64,000 nt of DNA from Hyaloraphidium curvatum SAG 235-1 (Eukaryota; Fungi; Monoblepharomycota), in NCBI GenBank assembly GCA_025558095.1, contig JAIVFI010000033.1, positions 186,001-250,000 of the forward strand, written 5' to 3'. Below are positions 44,930-56,308 of the stretch, one piece after another (position 1 is the stretch's first letter; every line of letters starts with the position of its first letter). A model generated the notes under the pieces. That model was not told the DNA's origin. It worked only from the letters and a program-made list of their open reading frames with translations, and did no database searches. The position numbers and the translations under genes were made by a program.

Positions 44930-46788
44930 TCAGTTCCGCACCGACATGGCCACCATCTCCTCGACAATCTCCCCGTCCAAAGTGTCCTCGTCCACCATCG
45001 AGTCCGGGTAGTTGAACCACCGCTTGGATCCGTGGCACCTCCCCGTCTTCTCCGCCTCGCGCTTGATCCGCGCCGCCAGCGCCTTGGTCAGCTGCCTCTC
45101 CTCGTACCTCCACGCCCAGTTGCCGTCCGCGACCCCGGGCACGTTCATCCGGCCCTCGCCGCCCAGGCCGAGGTAGTCCTGCAGCGGGACGATGACCCAG
45201 CGCGATTTCGCGTGGTACGCGTACTTGATAAAGTCCCAGTTGATCTCGTTGCCGTCCGCGTGCAGGTACTCGCGGATCAGCGCCTGCTGCTCCTTCTCTA
45301 TCGAGCGGAACCAGCCGACGAGGGTATTGTTGTCGTGGGTATCGGTGTAGCAGACCTGGTTCTCGGGCTTGCTCGACGGATCGTACTGGCGCGGGTCAAA
45401 GTCGGTGAACTCGAACTGCAGGATGCGCATGCCGGGGAAGTGGAACGCGTCCCGGAGCTCTTCCTGTGAGTCATCGAGCGATGCTTGTCAGCGATAAAGC
45501 CACTGGCACGGCACCCCGCCACCCACCACTTCGCGCGTGATGATCCCCAGGTCCTCCGCGATGATCGGCAGCACGCCAAACTCATTCAGCATCGACTCGA
45601 ACAGCTTGAATCCCGGCGCAGGCACCCATTTGCCGTTGATCGCCGTCTTTTCGCCCGCTGCGACCTCCCAGTAGGCCTCGAAGCCGCGGAAGTGGTCCAG
45701 CCGGACGATGTCGACGGCCTCGAGCGTCGCGCGGATCCGGGAGCGCCACCATTTGAAGTCGTCCTCGATGTGCTTTTCCCAGCGATAGAGGGGCTGGAGG
45801 GGAAGGGGGGTCAGATGGGTTGAAAATCCAAACCAGATCCGACCCACGTTGCCCCAGAGCTGTCCGGTGGCGCTAAAGTAGTCCGGCGGGACACCGGCAA
45901 CGACCGTTTGGTATCCATGTTCGTCAAGGAGGAACTGCGAGCAAGGAGATCATGGAGTGAGCAGGCACAGTGGACGCGATGACTGCTGCTCGCCACAAAC
46001 CAGGTCCCTGTGTGCCCACACGTCGCAGCTGTCACCGGACACGAAGATGGGTATGTCGCCGATGATCTTGACGCCGCGTGAGTTGGCGTAGCTGTGGAGC
46101 TTGGTCCATTGGTACCAGAAGAAGAACTGGCCGGCCTTGATCTGCGAGCACCGGCGACCATGGCTGTTCAGCCGAAGCTGGCGGGCCTCACACACGTTGT
46201 GCCCACCCTCTGAATCTGGACCGCGTGCCGGGCCTTGAACTCCGCCAGGGTCTTCTGGTCCCGGTCGCGGAACAGCTTCTCCCACTTCCACCAGTTCTCC
46301 CCGTCAAACACCTCCTTGAGCTCCTCGAACAGCGCGTAATCCTCGAGCCAGACCTCGTCGTTGACCTCGCAGAATGTCGCGAAGGAGCGGTACCAGATGT
46401 CCGTCTTTGGCCGCTGCACGAAGCGTTCCGCGACCTTGTCCAGCGCGGCCACCTTTGTCTTGTGCACGAGCTCAAAGTCGACCTTGATCGTGTTGGTTCT
46501 CGGCAGCGGCTTGAGCCAGTCCACGATGTCGGACGACACGAAGCCGTCGGCGACCAGGTCCTCGAAGCTGATCATGATCCGGTTCCCGGCGAACGACGAG
46601 TAGGCCGAGTAGGGCGAGTTGCCCGCGGCCGGCGGGCCCAGCGGCAGGATCTGCCACAGCGACTGGCCCGACTCGTACAGGAAGTCGACGAACTTGCGGG
46701 CGCCGGGGCCGAGGTCGCCCACGCCGTTGCCGCCCGGGAGCGACGTGGGGTGCAGCAGCACCCCGGCCAACCGCTCCTTCGAAGTCAT
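44930..46788 (-). CDS. malQ: 4-alpha-glucanotransferase / amylomaltase (GH77), 4 introns
   Basis: GVLLHPTSLPG, WQILPLGP, SPYSAYSSFAGN, IIGDIPIFV, GVPPDYFSATGQLWGN, RLDHFRGF, IIAEDLG, THDNNT, RMNVPG..GNWAWR. Confidence 0.95.
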
Positions 46789-47126
46789 GGCTGCGGCTCT
46801 GCCGCGTTCGGTGGGCGGCCGACCGGGTGGAGCGTTGAATGCGGGGGTTTGGCTTGGCCAGGGACGTGGGTGGCGGACGATGCGCCCGCGGTTGCACGCT
46901 GTAAGGGGCGGCCCACGATGACCCAAGCCAAACAGCGCGCTGACGTGGCCATCCCATGCCACGCTGACCTGTCCATCATCTCAGCCTGCCATCCAGGTGT
47001 TTCTGGCCCGATTTCGCACCCAAATACCGCCGATTCTAGTGAACGGCCATCGATAGCTCTGCCATCACTGCCGCACGGAGCGCTGCCTTGCGGCCCGGAA
47101 GCCGATTGAACGGGTGGGAAATTTGG

Positions 47127-47375
47127 GAGGCGAACCAGTGCGCCGGCCGGGCCATCTCCCGGGCCTCCCTTTCCACCGGACTGGACTATCTTCTGACTCA
47201 CGGAGCTATCAAGGGACCAGAGGCCCATCGGCCTTGAATTTGGCTCACGGCGGGCTGGTGGTTCGGGTTTTCGCTGCGTCACGGCTTCAAGGGCGACCAA
47301 CAAAGTCGATTCACGACCCATTGCGCTCGGCAGTGCGCTCGCCAATCCCGCGGCGTCTCCGGGGGCGTGGGAACT
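47127..47375 (+). repeat. ~250-bp direct repeat, copy 2 (upstream of malQ and of the C2H2 gene)
   Basis: Near-identical to 44571-44821, same orientation. Confidence 0.97.
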
Positions 47376-47663
47376 CTGGTCTGCGCGAGCTTGCGGCGCG
47401 TCGGACGCCCGCAGCACGGGATTCGGGCCTGCTTGACAGTGCCTGAGCTCGGGGTCCCCGAACGTCCGCGTCTTCGGTCGCGTTTTCGGGCCTCATCAGC
47501 GAGCCACCGACCTCCGGTGACCTGCTGACGCGCCGGAAAGGCACCAAGGACCGTCCTGACAGCCGCAACGCGAACCAGGTTGGCAGGAGACCCCGTTCCG
47601 GTTCGCTCCGAGCCTAACGGAGAATAACCTTCCGCTCAGCTTTCGAAGCTCCACCACGCGCAA

Positions 47664-48954
47664 ATGGCGGCGTACCTGCAAGCCGAGGAACTCTTCAACT
47701 TTCCCGACGACGGCGTCTCGGAGGAGGGCGCCTACTGCTCGGATGGCTGCGACTCGAGCACCCACGACGACGACAGCGAGTCGGCCCTCGCCGGCGACTT
47801 CCCCTGCCTCTCCTTCCCCTCTCCCTCCGCATCGTGGTCGTCCTTAGACGACGGCGACGACATGCTGCAGGCTGCGGCCGACGATTCGACGGACTGGCGC
47901 TTTGCGTCCATCGGGCTTCCGGCCGCACCGGCCGCGCCCATCGCCCGCGCAATGCGGCGCACCAACTTCTGCGAGGAGCTGAAGAGCATGTCCTCGGGCC
48001 TGTCGCTCATGGATGTCGTGCCCTCGTCGATCGGCTGCGGCGTCAGCCTGCAGCGCGAGCTCTTCACCTTTGACGTGGAGGCAGGAGCACAGAGCGACGA
48101 CGAGGAGGACTCCTTCGGCCGCCTGCTGGCGGACTCGATCGCCCGCGCGGATGCGGATGCGATGCTTCAGGCCGCCGTGCGCGATGGCGCCCTGACCGGC
48201 GCAGTCGACGCCAAGACGATGTTCCCCGACGTCACGTATACCCACGAGGCGGCGCAACAGGCTGCGTGGAAACCCAAGCCCAAGCATCTGGCGGTGGCCA
48301 TCGTGAAGACCGAGTCGCACGACGAGGACGACGGCGAGGACACAAAGACCCTCGGCAGCGCGCGCGAATGTCGCGACGGCGCCGAGAGCGTCAGCGACAA
48401 CTCGTCCGAAAACACCCTGCGCAACAGCCCCGCGCGCTCGTCCGGAGGCGACGTCTCCGTGTACGCCGCGCAGGACGACGGCGATGCGGAGCTCTACGAC
48501 GACTCGGTCTCGAGCGACGAGGAGAACGGCATGGACGACGAAGACGTCGAGTGGGGCTACGGCAAGGGCCGCGGATCGGGCTCCAAGGCCAACCGCAGCA
48601 GCTCGAAGTCTGCGCTCTCGCCGACTTCCGCGACCGGGGCCAAGCCTAAGAGGCCGCGCGCCAAGGCCGCACCAAGGCCTCCCAAGCCGGTGCCGACGAC
48701 GCCGCACGGCAGGCCGTATACGTGCGAGTTCTGCCCCGCGGGCTTCATCCGGAAGCACGACTTGAAACGCCACGAGCGCATCCACCTGGGTAAGCATCGA
48801 TCGGCCGCGCAATGTACCGCGGACGGGTTCCTGACGTTTCCTTTTCCGACCAGGCATCAAGCCCTACTCGTGTGCCACCTGCTCCAAGTCCTTCTCGCGC
48901 TTGGACGCAATGAACCGGCATTCCGTCGTCACGGGCTGCCGGCCCGCACGCTGA
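47664..48954 (+). CDS. Transcription factor with two C-terminal zinc fingers (C2H2 + C2HC); 1 intron
   Basis: RPYTCEFCPAGFIRKHDLKRHERIHL|GIKPYSCATCSKSFSRLDAMNRH....C; acidic N-terminus. Confidence 0.88.
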
Positions 48955-49262
48955 GGTGCACAGACCTGCCGTTGGTCTTGGGGGGCGCCGGCGCCGCGGG
49001 CGAGGGATGCCCGCGGCCGTCGTGCAGATGCCATTTTTGCTCTGACAGCTAAACCTCTTGCACTATTGCGTGTAGTCAGTCAGTTGTAGATTATATCCCG
49101 GGGGCTCTCAGTCATTGTCGTCGTCGCCGCCCCGAGGAGCCGAGTCGCTTGATTGGGGACACACGTCCCCTAGCTCGTCCGCACTCGGAGCCCGACGCTT
49201 CGTCGCTTCAAAGCTCCTCTAAGCGGCGCAGAAAGTCGAATCATCTACGGCGGACTATCAGG

Positions 49263-49899
49263 ATGGTGCAAATCCTGATCCACGGGCCGCCGCAGTGGCC
49301 GCAGGACCCTAACGGCCCCGCGCCGTACCCGGACGAGCTGTTCCTGCTCGAGCTGCAGGGCACGCTCGAGACCTCCGAGTCGGGCGCCGACGCGCTGGAC
49401 GGGCAGCCGCTGGGCACCATCGAGTGGCAGAAGGACAAGAACGTGGGATTCGCGTGCCTCTTTCGGGTGTCCTGAAGCTCACGCCCCCCCCGCGGTGCAG
49501 AAAGGGCCCGTGCTCCGAATAGGCCACCACCGGCTCGAGGGCAAACTCACGCAGCTGCCGCAGCCCTTTGCGGTGATCCGGAAGCGCGCTCTGCCGCCGG
49601 ACGACGCCGACGAGGAGATGCTGGATGCGGGCGCCTCGGACGACGCGCACTTCGGGGGGAGGAGGCGGCGCCGGACGGGTTTCGGGGGCATGGCGGGCTT
49701 CACTTCGTCGGCGCCACCGTCGTCGACGGCCCCGACTGCACCGGCGTCGCCGTCGAAGGACAATGACCCGGACGCGGCGCAGGCAGAGTACGACGTGCTC
49801 ACGATCGTGCGGTACAAGTACTTGTTCAAGAGCAGGCCGGAGATCGTCGTAGGAGAGGCATCGAAAACAGGAAATCTTGTCGTCCGTCCGAAGACGTGA
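49263..49899 (+). CDS. CTF8: Chromosome transmission fidelity protein 8 (1 intron)
   Basis: LLELQGTL, LRIGHHRLEGKLTQLPQPFAVI, IVRYKYLFKSRP. Confidence 0.88.
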
Positions 49900-50080
49900 C
49901 CGTGGCTAATTACAATGAATACTCAGATCTGGTGCTCGGGTATCCGCCGGGATGTCCGCGGCGCGCAAAACTACGGTCTAAACCAACCCACCCCCGCCGA
50001 CTTCCCGCTCTCAATACCCTGCCGTCCGTGCCTTCGTGCGGCATGCCGCTTGCTCAGTGGTTCAGTGGGGTATGCGCGCT

Positions 50081-52018
50081 TCAGAAGGCCAGCATGGCCG
50101 CCACGGCGCCGAGGACGGTGTAGAGCATGCCCGCGGGCGAGAGCTTGAACGAGGCCGAGGTCTGGCCCGTCGTGGTGGCGACGGCGGCCCGGGTGGTGGT
50201 GGCCTCCGGGGCAGCGGCCGAAGTCGTGGTCGCGGCGGCGGAGCTGTACAGGGGGGGTGCAGTCAGCCTCGCATCCGGATGGATCACCCCGCTATGAAAC
50301 GTACCTGGTGGCAGCGGCAGCGGACGAGGTGGCGGCAGCGCTCCTCGAGGTCGCGGACGAAGCGGCGGCCGAGGTCACGGCAGCCGAGGTCCTGGAGGCA
50401 GAAGCGGAAGCCGAGGCCGTGGCGGTCCTGGTGGCAGCGGCCGAGGACGTGGCCGTCTGCGCCGTGGGGTTGTAGCCCGCGTTGTCGTCGGCGAGGGCGG
50501 CCTTGCGCAGGTTCACGAGGGACACCGAGGTGGGCGTGGTGATGAAGGCCTGCTCGAGGTTGGCCGGGTTGATCATGATGCTGACGATGTTGCGCTCCCA
50601 GTTAGGGTTGCCCATGCGCAGCTGGATCACGTTGCCGTCGACGTCGAAGGCGCGGGGCTGGGCCGGGGTGTTGTGCGGCAGGATGAAGAAGTCGGACGAC
50701 CTGGGCACGGCGACGACCGAGCCGGTGGTGGCGGAGAAGACGGTGAAGGACTTGAGCACGTCGCCGTTGGCCTGGTCGAGCGAGACGACGGAGCCGCCGA
50801 CGACCATGAAGAGGCCGCCGTTGGTGTTCATGCCGAGGATGTTCTTGCCGTTGATCTGGGCCTGAGCGGTGTACTGCGGGTAGAAGCGGGTGAAGAGGAC
50901 GTCGCCGCCCTTGCTAAGCTTGACCAGGTAGGGGTGCATGGCCTTGGACGAGCCTATGCGCGATGCATCAGATACCGCGCCGCGGTGGTCAAGGCGGATG
51001 GGACCCACCGTCGTGGTTGCCCTCGATGTTGTTGGCCACACCGGCGACCCAGATGGTGTTGGGCGTCACGACTGCGTTCCATCGCAATCGACGTTAGGAT
51101 GCGTTCGACGGCGGCACGCATGCGCAGGCACCCACGGACGGACCCCGCGGTCGCATAGTCGCCGGCCTTCCACTTGGCGGTCCAGCGGTTCGCCCCCGTG
51201 GTGGCATCGTAGCTGTCCAACATACACTCTCCCGCGGCGCCGGCGGCGAGCTCGCCGCTCTGCTGGTTGTAGTTCATGTTGCAGTAGGCGGGGTAGATGA
51301 CGTTGTCCTCGCAGCCCATGGCGTCGAGCGTCGGGCGGATGTACGACTGCCGGATCGGATCGGTCAGGCAATGGAGGGGGAAGAGATGCCGTGGCGGTGC
51401 CCACGTTGAGGCGGATGGTGTTCTGGTACGCCGCGTTGTCCCTCATGTTGATGGCCCACCCGAAAGCGTTCTCCCCTCCCCTGCGGGATCGGATGTTACC
51501 GGCCTCATCGGTCGCTCGTAAACAGTTGCAACTTACTGGGGACGGAACTGGATCCCGTCAAACATGCCCCCGGCGGCGGTGAAGCCGTTGCTGCGCCCGC
51601 AGATGAGCGAGGTCTTGTACCCGTCCTTGTAGTCCTCCGACGCCAGCAGGCGGCCGTTGGCGGCATCGATGACATCGTACTGTCGCCTATCTGTCAGAGA
51701 ACTGCGTCTGCCTGCGCAGCGGGCGGCCTCACGTCGACGCTGGCCCCGTCCCCGGACACCCGGTCCGCGTACACGCGGGTGGACGAGGCGCCGAGGCCCA
51801 GGTACCGCGAGCCCCCGGCGGGGGCGTAGCTCCACACCTCCTCGAAGGTGTACCCGTAACCGCCCTGCGGGAGTGCGTGAGCGGGGGCAGTGTTTGCCCG
51901 CCGCGGGGGTGCGGCGGGGCGCGGGGCGACCCACGGGCCAGAAGGGGACGGCCTGCGAGAGGGCGCCGATGGGGGCGAAGACGAGGACGGCGAGGGCCGA
52001 GGTTCCGAAGCGGCGCAT
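50081..52018 (-). CDS. Secreted, probably GPI-anchored PQQ-like beta-propeller protein with Ser/Thr/Ala stalk; many short exons
   Basis: Signal peptide; repeated DAANG, DATTGANRW, LDQANGDVL propeller motifs; S/T/A-rich stalk; hydrophobic tail. Confidence 0.7.
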
Positions 52019-52141
52019 CGTTGCGGCGTGTGCGATGGGCAGTCAGATTTGGGAGGTCCAAACAAGGCCCGGCGTCTATTTGAAGCGATCATCCGCGCCT
52101 CGATCCCTTGGGGTCTTCGCGCAGCTCTCGACTCCGCCCCG

Positions 52142-53167
52142 ATGGCCAGCAGCGCCGCAGCGGAATGGGTTCCCGTGTGGGACGACAACTACAAGGCGTA
52201 CTATTACTACAACAGATCGACGAAGGAGACGACGTGGACGCCGCCCGACGGCGTCGAGGTGCCCGCTGCGGACGAGTCGGACGCGTCCGAATCGGCCTCG
52301 GAGGGCGGCAGCGGCGACGAGGAGGCGCCGCAACCGCCGTCGCTGAAGCGGAAAGCCGCGTCGGAGAGGAGTTCGGAGGGCGGGCGTGAGGACAGCCCCG
52401 AGCAGCCCGCGGGATCGCCCCCGCCCGACGACCCCCCGCGGAAGCGCGCGCGCACGCCGCCCCCGGACCCCGCGGCGCCCTCCCTCCCCTCGTACGCGAA
52501 ATTCTACGCCGGCGTCGCGGCGGCCTCGCAGCCCGCGCCCGTGTCGGACCCCGCCAGCGGGCGGTTCCAGTACGCCCCGCGCCCCGCCGCGGAGGGCGAC
52601 GCCGACACGAGCGCGCTGGACTCGCTGTTCGCGCGGATCGACGAGGCCAAGGAGGTGCTGGACCGGATCGCGCCGCCCGAAGAGGGGAGGAGGGGGGATC
52701 CGGACGAGGCGGAGAGGCTGAGGGAGGAGGTGCTGAAGTTGGACGCGGCGGCGGCGCTGGCGCCGCCCGAGGAGGAGGAGGCGCCGTCGTTGCCCGCAGA
52801 TGGTGGGACCGCGCGCGCGGCGGGCTCGTTCAGGTCGCTGAAACCCCCCTGCGGCGCAGAATACCGCGCGGTCGGCTTCTTCGACGCCAAGACGGGCAAG
52901 TTCCGCCGCCCCGACGTCGACGCCCGCGTGGCCGACCCGCGCGACTACTTCCACGACGCCAACAAGGCCGTGCGTCAGATGAACTTCTACTTCGACTACG
53001 AGCAGTTTGCCGAGGAGCGGTCCCGGGACCGGCAGGAGGCCCTGCTCAACCCCGAGGGGCCAAAGAAGCTGACCAAGAAGCAGATCGAGGAGTACAAGCG
53101 CAAGAAGGAGGAGAAGAAGAAGCGCAGGCACATTGCCGAGTACGGAATTGAGTCCGACATTTACTGA
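52142..53167 (+). CDS. WW-domain protein with conserved-looking basic C-terminal region
   Basis: EWVPVWDDNYKAYYYYNRSTKETTWTPP; FDAKTGKF...RQMNFYFD...KKLTKKQIEEYK. Confidence 0.85.
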   Translation: MASSAAAEWVPVWDDNYKAYYYYNRSTKETTWTPPDGVEVPAADESDASESASEGGSGDEEAPQPPSLKRKAASERSSEGGREDSPEQPAGSPPPDDPPRKRARTPPPDPAAPSLPSYAKFYAGVAAASQPAPVSDPASGRFQYAPRPAAEGDADTSALDSLFARIDEAKEVLDRIAPPEEGRRGDPDEAERLREEVLKLDAAAALAPPEEEEAPSLPADGGTARAAGSFRSLKPPCGAEYRAVGFFDAKTGKFRRPDVDARVADPRDYFHDANKAVRQMNFYFDYEQFAEERSRDRQEALLNPEGPKKLTKKQIEEYKRKKEEKKKRRHIAEYGIESDIY

Positions 53168-53244
53168 CCCCCTGGAGCCGACCCGACGTATGCGATGCCA
53201 CGAGGCCAGATGTATCTCAAAGCATCACGCTGTACACTGCCACC

Positions 53245-54031
53245 CTACGACGAGGCGGCGGGCGCGCCGCGGGGCTTGGCCGCGGTGCCTGGACGGACGG
53301 GGAAGGGTCAATTGCAGTCCGCGACGTGCCGGTGCGGGTGCCACCCACCCTCGCGGAAGCCGTTCTTGAATCTCCGGGGCATGTCCTTCAGATGCCGCGT
53401 GCGGCCGGTGCCCGTCGTCTTCCGGCGCTTGCCCTTGACCGACCAGTTGTCTGCGCCCGGGAACCCCGTCAGCCTCCTTTCCGCGCCGGCCCGGGGGCGC
53501 ATCCGCGACACGCACACTTCCTGATCTTGGCGGCCGGGTACCCGCACTGCGCGCACGTCTTCTTCTGCTTGTGGAACGAGCGGTTGCCGCACCGCACGCA
53601 GAGCGTGTGGGACTTTGTGTGCCGCTTGCCGAAGGCCTGCGTGCCCTTCGTCTGCGGGGAGAGGGGCGTCAGAGGTCCGTCCGAAAGAAGGAGGAGAGAA
53701 AGGGAGGGGGAAACGGGGAGGGGCGGGCTCGGGGGCAGGGGCTCTCCAGAACCCGGGAGGAGAAGGCCAGCCTGCCCGCATCCCATGCCAGTGCGCCCGC
53801 GATGGCCCACGGGCACGCCCAACAGAATGCCGTGGTCCCACATGCCGAGCCCTGCCGCAGCCCCGCAGCCAGCCGGGAACGCCAGGCCGTCGACAAGAGG
53901 GTGCCGAGGGAGGCCGACCAGTGACCTGGCCTCCGCCCAAGCCGGCCCCGCGCCCCGCCAGTGTGCAGCCCGACAGCCGCGCTTCCGCCCGAGCCGCCCC
54001 TCCCGCGTCCGCCGGTCATGACACGAACCAT
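53245..54031 (-). CDS. RPL37: 60S ribosomal protein L37 (only the ATG precedes the first intron; 3 introns)
   Basis: M|[39 protein letters not shown]...[16 protein letters not shown]...[10 protein letters not shown]. Confidence 0.95.
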
Positions 54032-54129
54032 TGTGGCCGAGAGCTGTGGTGAGCCGGGTGATCGTCGGACCAACAGTATGTGTGGGTTACCCCAACCTAG
54101 CCGGCCGCCGATCGACAACAACCAAAAGC

Positions 54130-55467
54130 ATGCGGCCGCGTGCGCTGCCCCGCGCGCTGGCGCGGACCTGCGGGCCCCAGCAGCGCGGCGCGGGGAGCGG
54201 GGCGATGCCGGCCGCCGTGTGCGGGGGCGTGCTCTGCCGGGCGGCGCCTCCTGCCCCGCCGATGGCCTTCCGCGGACCGCGTGCTGGGTGCGCACCCGCC
54301 GCCCGCAGACGCGGGCTGGCCACGCAGGCCAAGGCAGCGGACACCGGTGACGCGGCAGCCGGCGGAGCGGTGCCCGACGTGGTCGACGCGGAATGGCTGG
54401 CGTCGCGGCTCGGGACCCCCCGCCTGGCGGTGTTCGACGCGACGTGGTTCCCGCGGCCCGCGCTGACCGAGGACGACGACCGCTACTGGCGCCGCGGATT
54501 CCGCGAGGCGCTGTACGGCCAGAACGCGGTGCGCGACGCGTGGACGCCCAGGGACGCAAAGGCGCTGTTCGCCGCCCGCCGCATCCCCGGCGCCCGCTTC
54601 CTCGACATCGACGGCCTCTCGGACGCCGTGGCAAAGGGCACGCGGCGGCTGCCGATCGCGGAGGACTTTGCACAGCGCGTGTCGGACATGCGCGTGTCAA
54701 ACGAGGACCACGTCGTCCTCTACGACTCGCGAGGCATGCTGTCGGCCCCCCGCGCGCACTGGCTGTTCAAATGCTTCGGCCACGCGCGCGTCTCGGTGCT
54801 CGACGGCGGGCTGCCCGCGTGGCTGGCCGAGGGCAGGCCGGTCGACGAGGGCGAGCCCGATCGTCGCCCCCCCGTGGGGCCGCCCACACGCTACGTGGCC
54901 CGCCTGGACGACCGCCTCTTCCTGGACTACCAGCGCATGTGGGACTGCGTGCTCAACAACTTCATCGACCCCGACGCGCACCAGGTGGTCGACGCCAGGC
55001 TGCCCAGGGTGTGGGTGGTCCGCCGGCCCGCCGGGTCTCTTTCCATGCCTAACCGCCCCCGGCTTCCAGACACCGCGGCGAGCTGCTCGACGCCATCCAC
55101 GGCCCGCGCACCCCCCGCGGGCACATCCCCGGCTCCACCAACGTCCCCTACCCCGCCGTCCTCGGCGCCTCGGGCCGCCTCCTCCATCTGCCGGACCTCG
55201 CCGCGCTCTTCGACCGCGCCCGGATCGACCTCTCGGGCCGCATCGTCGTCTATTCCGGTACGCCGCGCCCGCATGCCCCCCGCGTTCCGTCCTGACGGCG
55301 GTTCCCGCCCGCACGCAGGGAGCAACGTCACGGCCGCGCTGGTCCGCCTCGCCCTCCTCCGCGCCGGCGCCGCCCCCGAGCGCACCGCGCTCTTCGACGG
55401 GGGCTGGGCCGACTGGGCTTCCAAGCGCGATTCGCCGATAAAGGGACGCAGGCCCGCGGTCGGGTAG
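54130..55467 (+). CDS. Tandem-domain rhodanese / 3-mercaptopyruvate sulfurtransferase-like protein, mitochondrial presequence, catalytic Cys replaced by Ser
   Basis: RIPGARFLDID, VVLYD, VSVLDGGLPAW, VVDAR, GHIPGS, LFDGGWADW; active loop reads YSGSNVTA. Confidence 0.85.
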   Translation: MRPRALPRALARTCGPQQRGAGSGAMPAAVCGGVLCRAAPPAPPMAFRGPRAGCAPAARRRGLATQAKAADTGDAAAGGAVPDVVDAEWLASRLGTPRLAVFDATWFPRPALTEDDDRYWRRGFREALYGQNAVRDAWTPRDAKALFAARRIPGARFLDIDGLSDAVAKGTRRLPIAEDFAQRVSDMRVSNEDHVVLYDSRGMLSAPRAHWLFKCFGHARVSVLDGGLPAWLAEGRPVDEGEPDRRPPVGPPTRYVARLDDRLFLDYQRMWDCVLNNFIDPDAHQVVDARLPRVWVVRRPAGSLSMPNRPRLPDTAASCSTPSTARAPPAGTSPAPPTSPTPPSSAPRAASSICRTSPRSSTAPGSTSRAASSSIPVRRARMPPAFRPDGGSRPHAGSNVTAALVRLALLRAGAAPERTALFDGGWADWASKRDSPIKGRRPAVG

Positions 55468-55496
55468 GCGCCCTCCTTGGCTTGGGGGGGGGGGGA

Positions 55497-56046
55497 TCAG
55501 CCGGGGCCGACCTTGCTGTAGCGGAAGGAAGGTCGGCGTGCGGCCGCAACGGGGGGATAGAGGCTCCACCCACGGGATGTCGTAGTGCTCCGGGATCTTT
55601 TCCAGCTTCTCGTTGTACTCTGCCACCCGGTCCTTGTGCGACTTGGCCGCCATCTTGGAGATCTTGTCCATTTGCTGCCCTCCGACGGGGCGCGTCAGCC
55701 TCCCTCCGGGCCATCCGGCGACGGAGATCGACGCACCCGCTTGCGCTGCGCCTCCTCGAACTTGAGCTGCGCCTTGGTCTTGCTCGGCCCCGCGACCACG
55801 GGCACCGCGCCGGCACCGGGGGACTCGCTCCGCCCGCGCGCGGCCTCGGCCTCCTTCGCCGCCGCGGCCTCCTTCGCCGCGGCCTCGGCGCGCCGCGCGT
55901 CGTCGTCCTTCTTGGGCTTCTTCTTCCTGTGCCGGGATGGAGGCGTTAGGGGGTGCCGGAGTGGGAGGGAGGGAGACGGACTTCTTGACGCCCGCGTCGC
56001 CGCCCTTGAGCTTCAGCCCGCCACCCATGGTCTCGTAGGCGGACAT
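55497..56046 (-). CDS. FAM32A: FAM32A-like protein (3 introns)
   Basis: GGGLKLKG; KTKAQLKFEE; AAKSHKDRVAEYNEKL...EHYDIP|KVGPG*. Confidence 0.88.
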
Positions 56047-56308
56047 GGCGGGAGGAGAGGCGCGAAGATGGGGGTTCCAGGCAGCAGGAAGGGCAGGAGG
56101 CGGGCAGAGCGTTCAGCGTTCAGTGCGTTCGATCGACTTCGCGCAGCGCCGTCGCCTACTGCGATCGTCTCACTCTTGGAGTCGGCAAGGTCCACGCGCT
56201 GCTCCAATCCATCGATTCCAGGCCGCAATTCCTCTAGCTACAACCTATACATGCAGGCTTCCCGCCCGTACCCACACGGCGCATCCGCCGACCGTTCCAC
56301 CGCCGCCT

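Noticed and set aside
44571-47375. LTR retrotransposon or composite transposon
   Set aside because: No TG...CA termini, PBS/PPT, terminal inverted repeats, or gag/pol/transposase coding sequence
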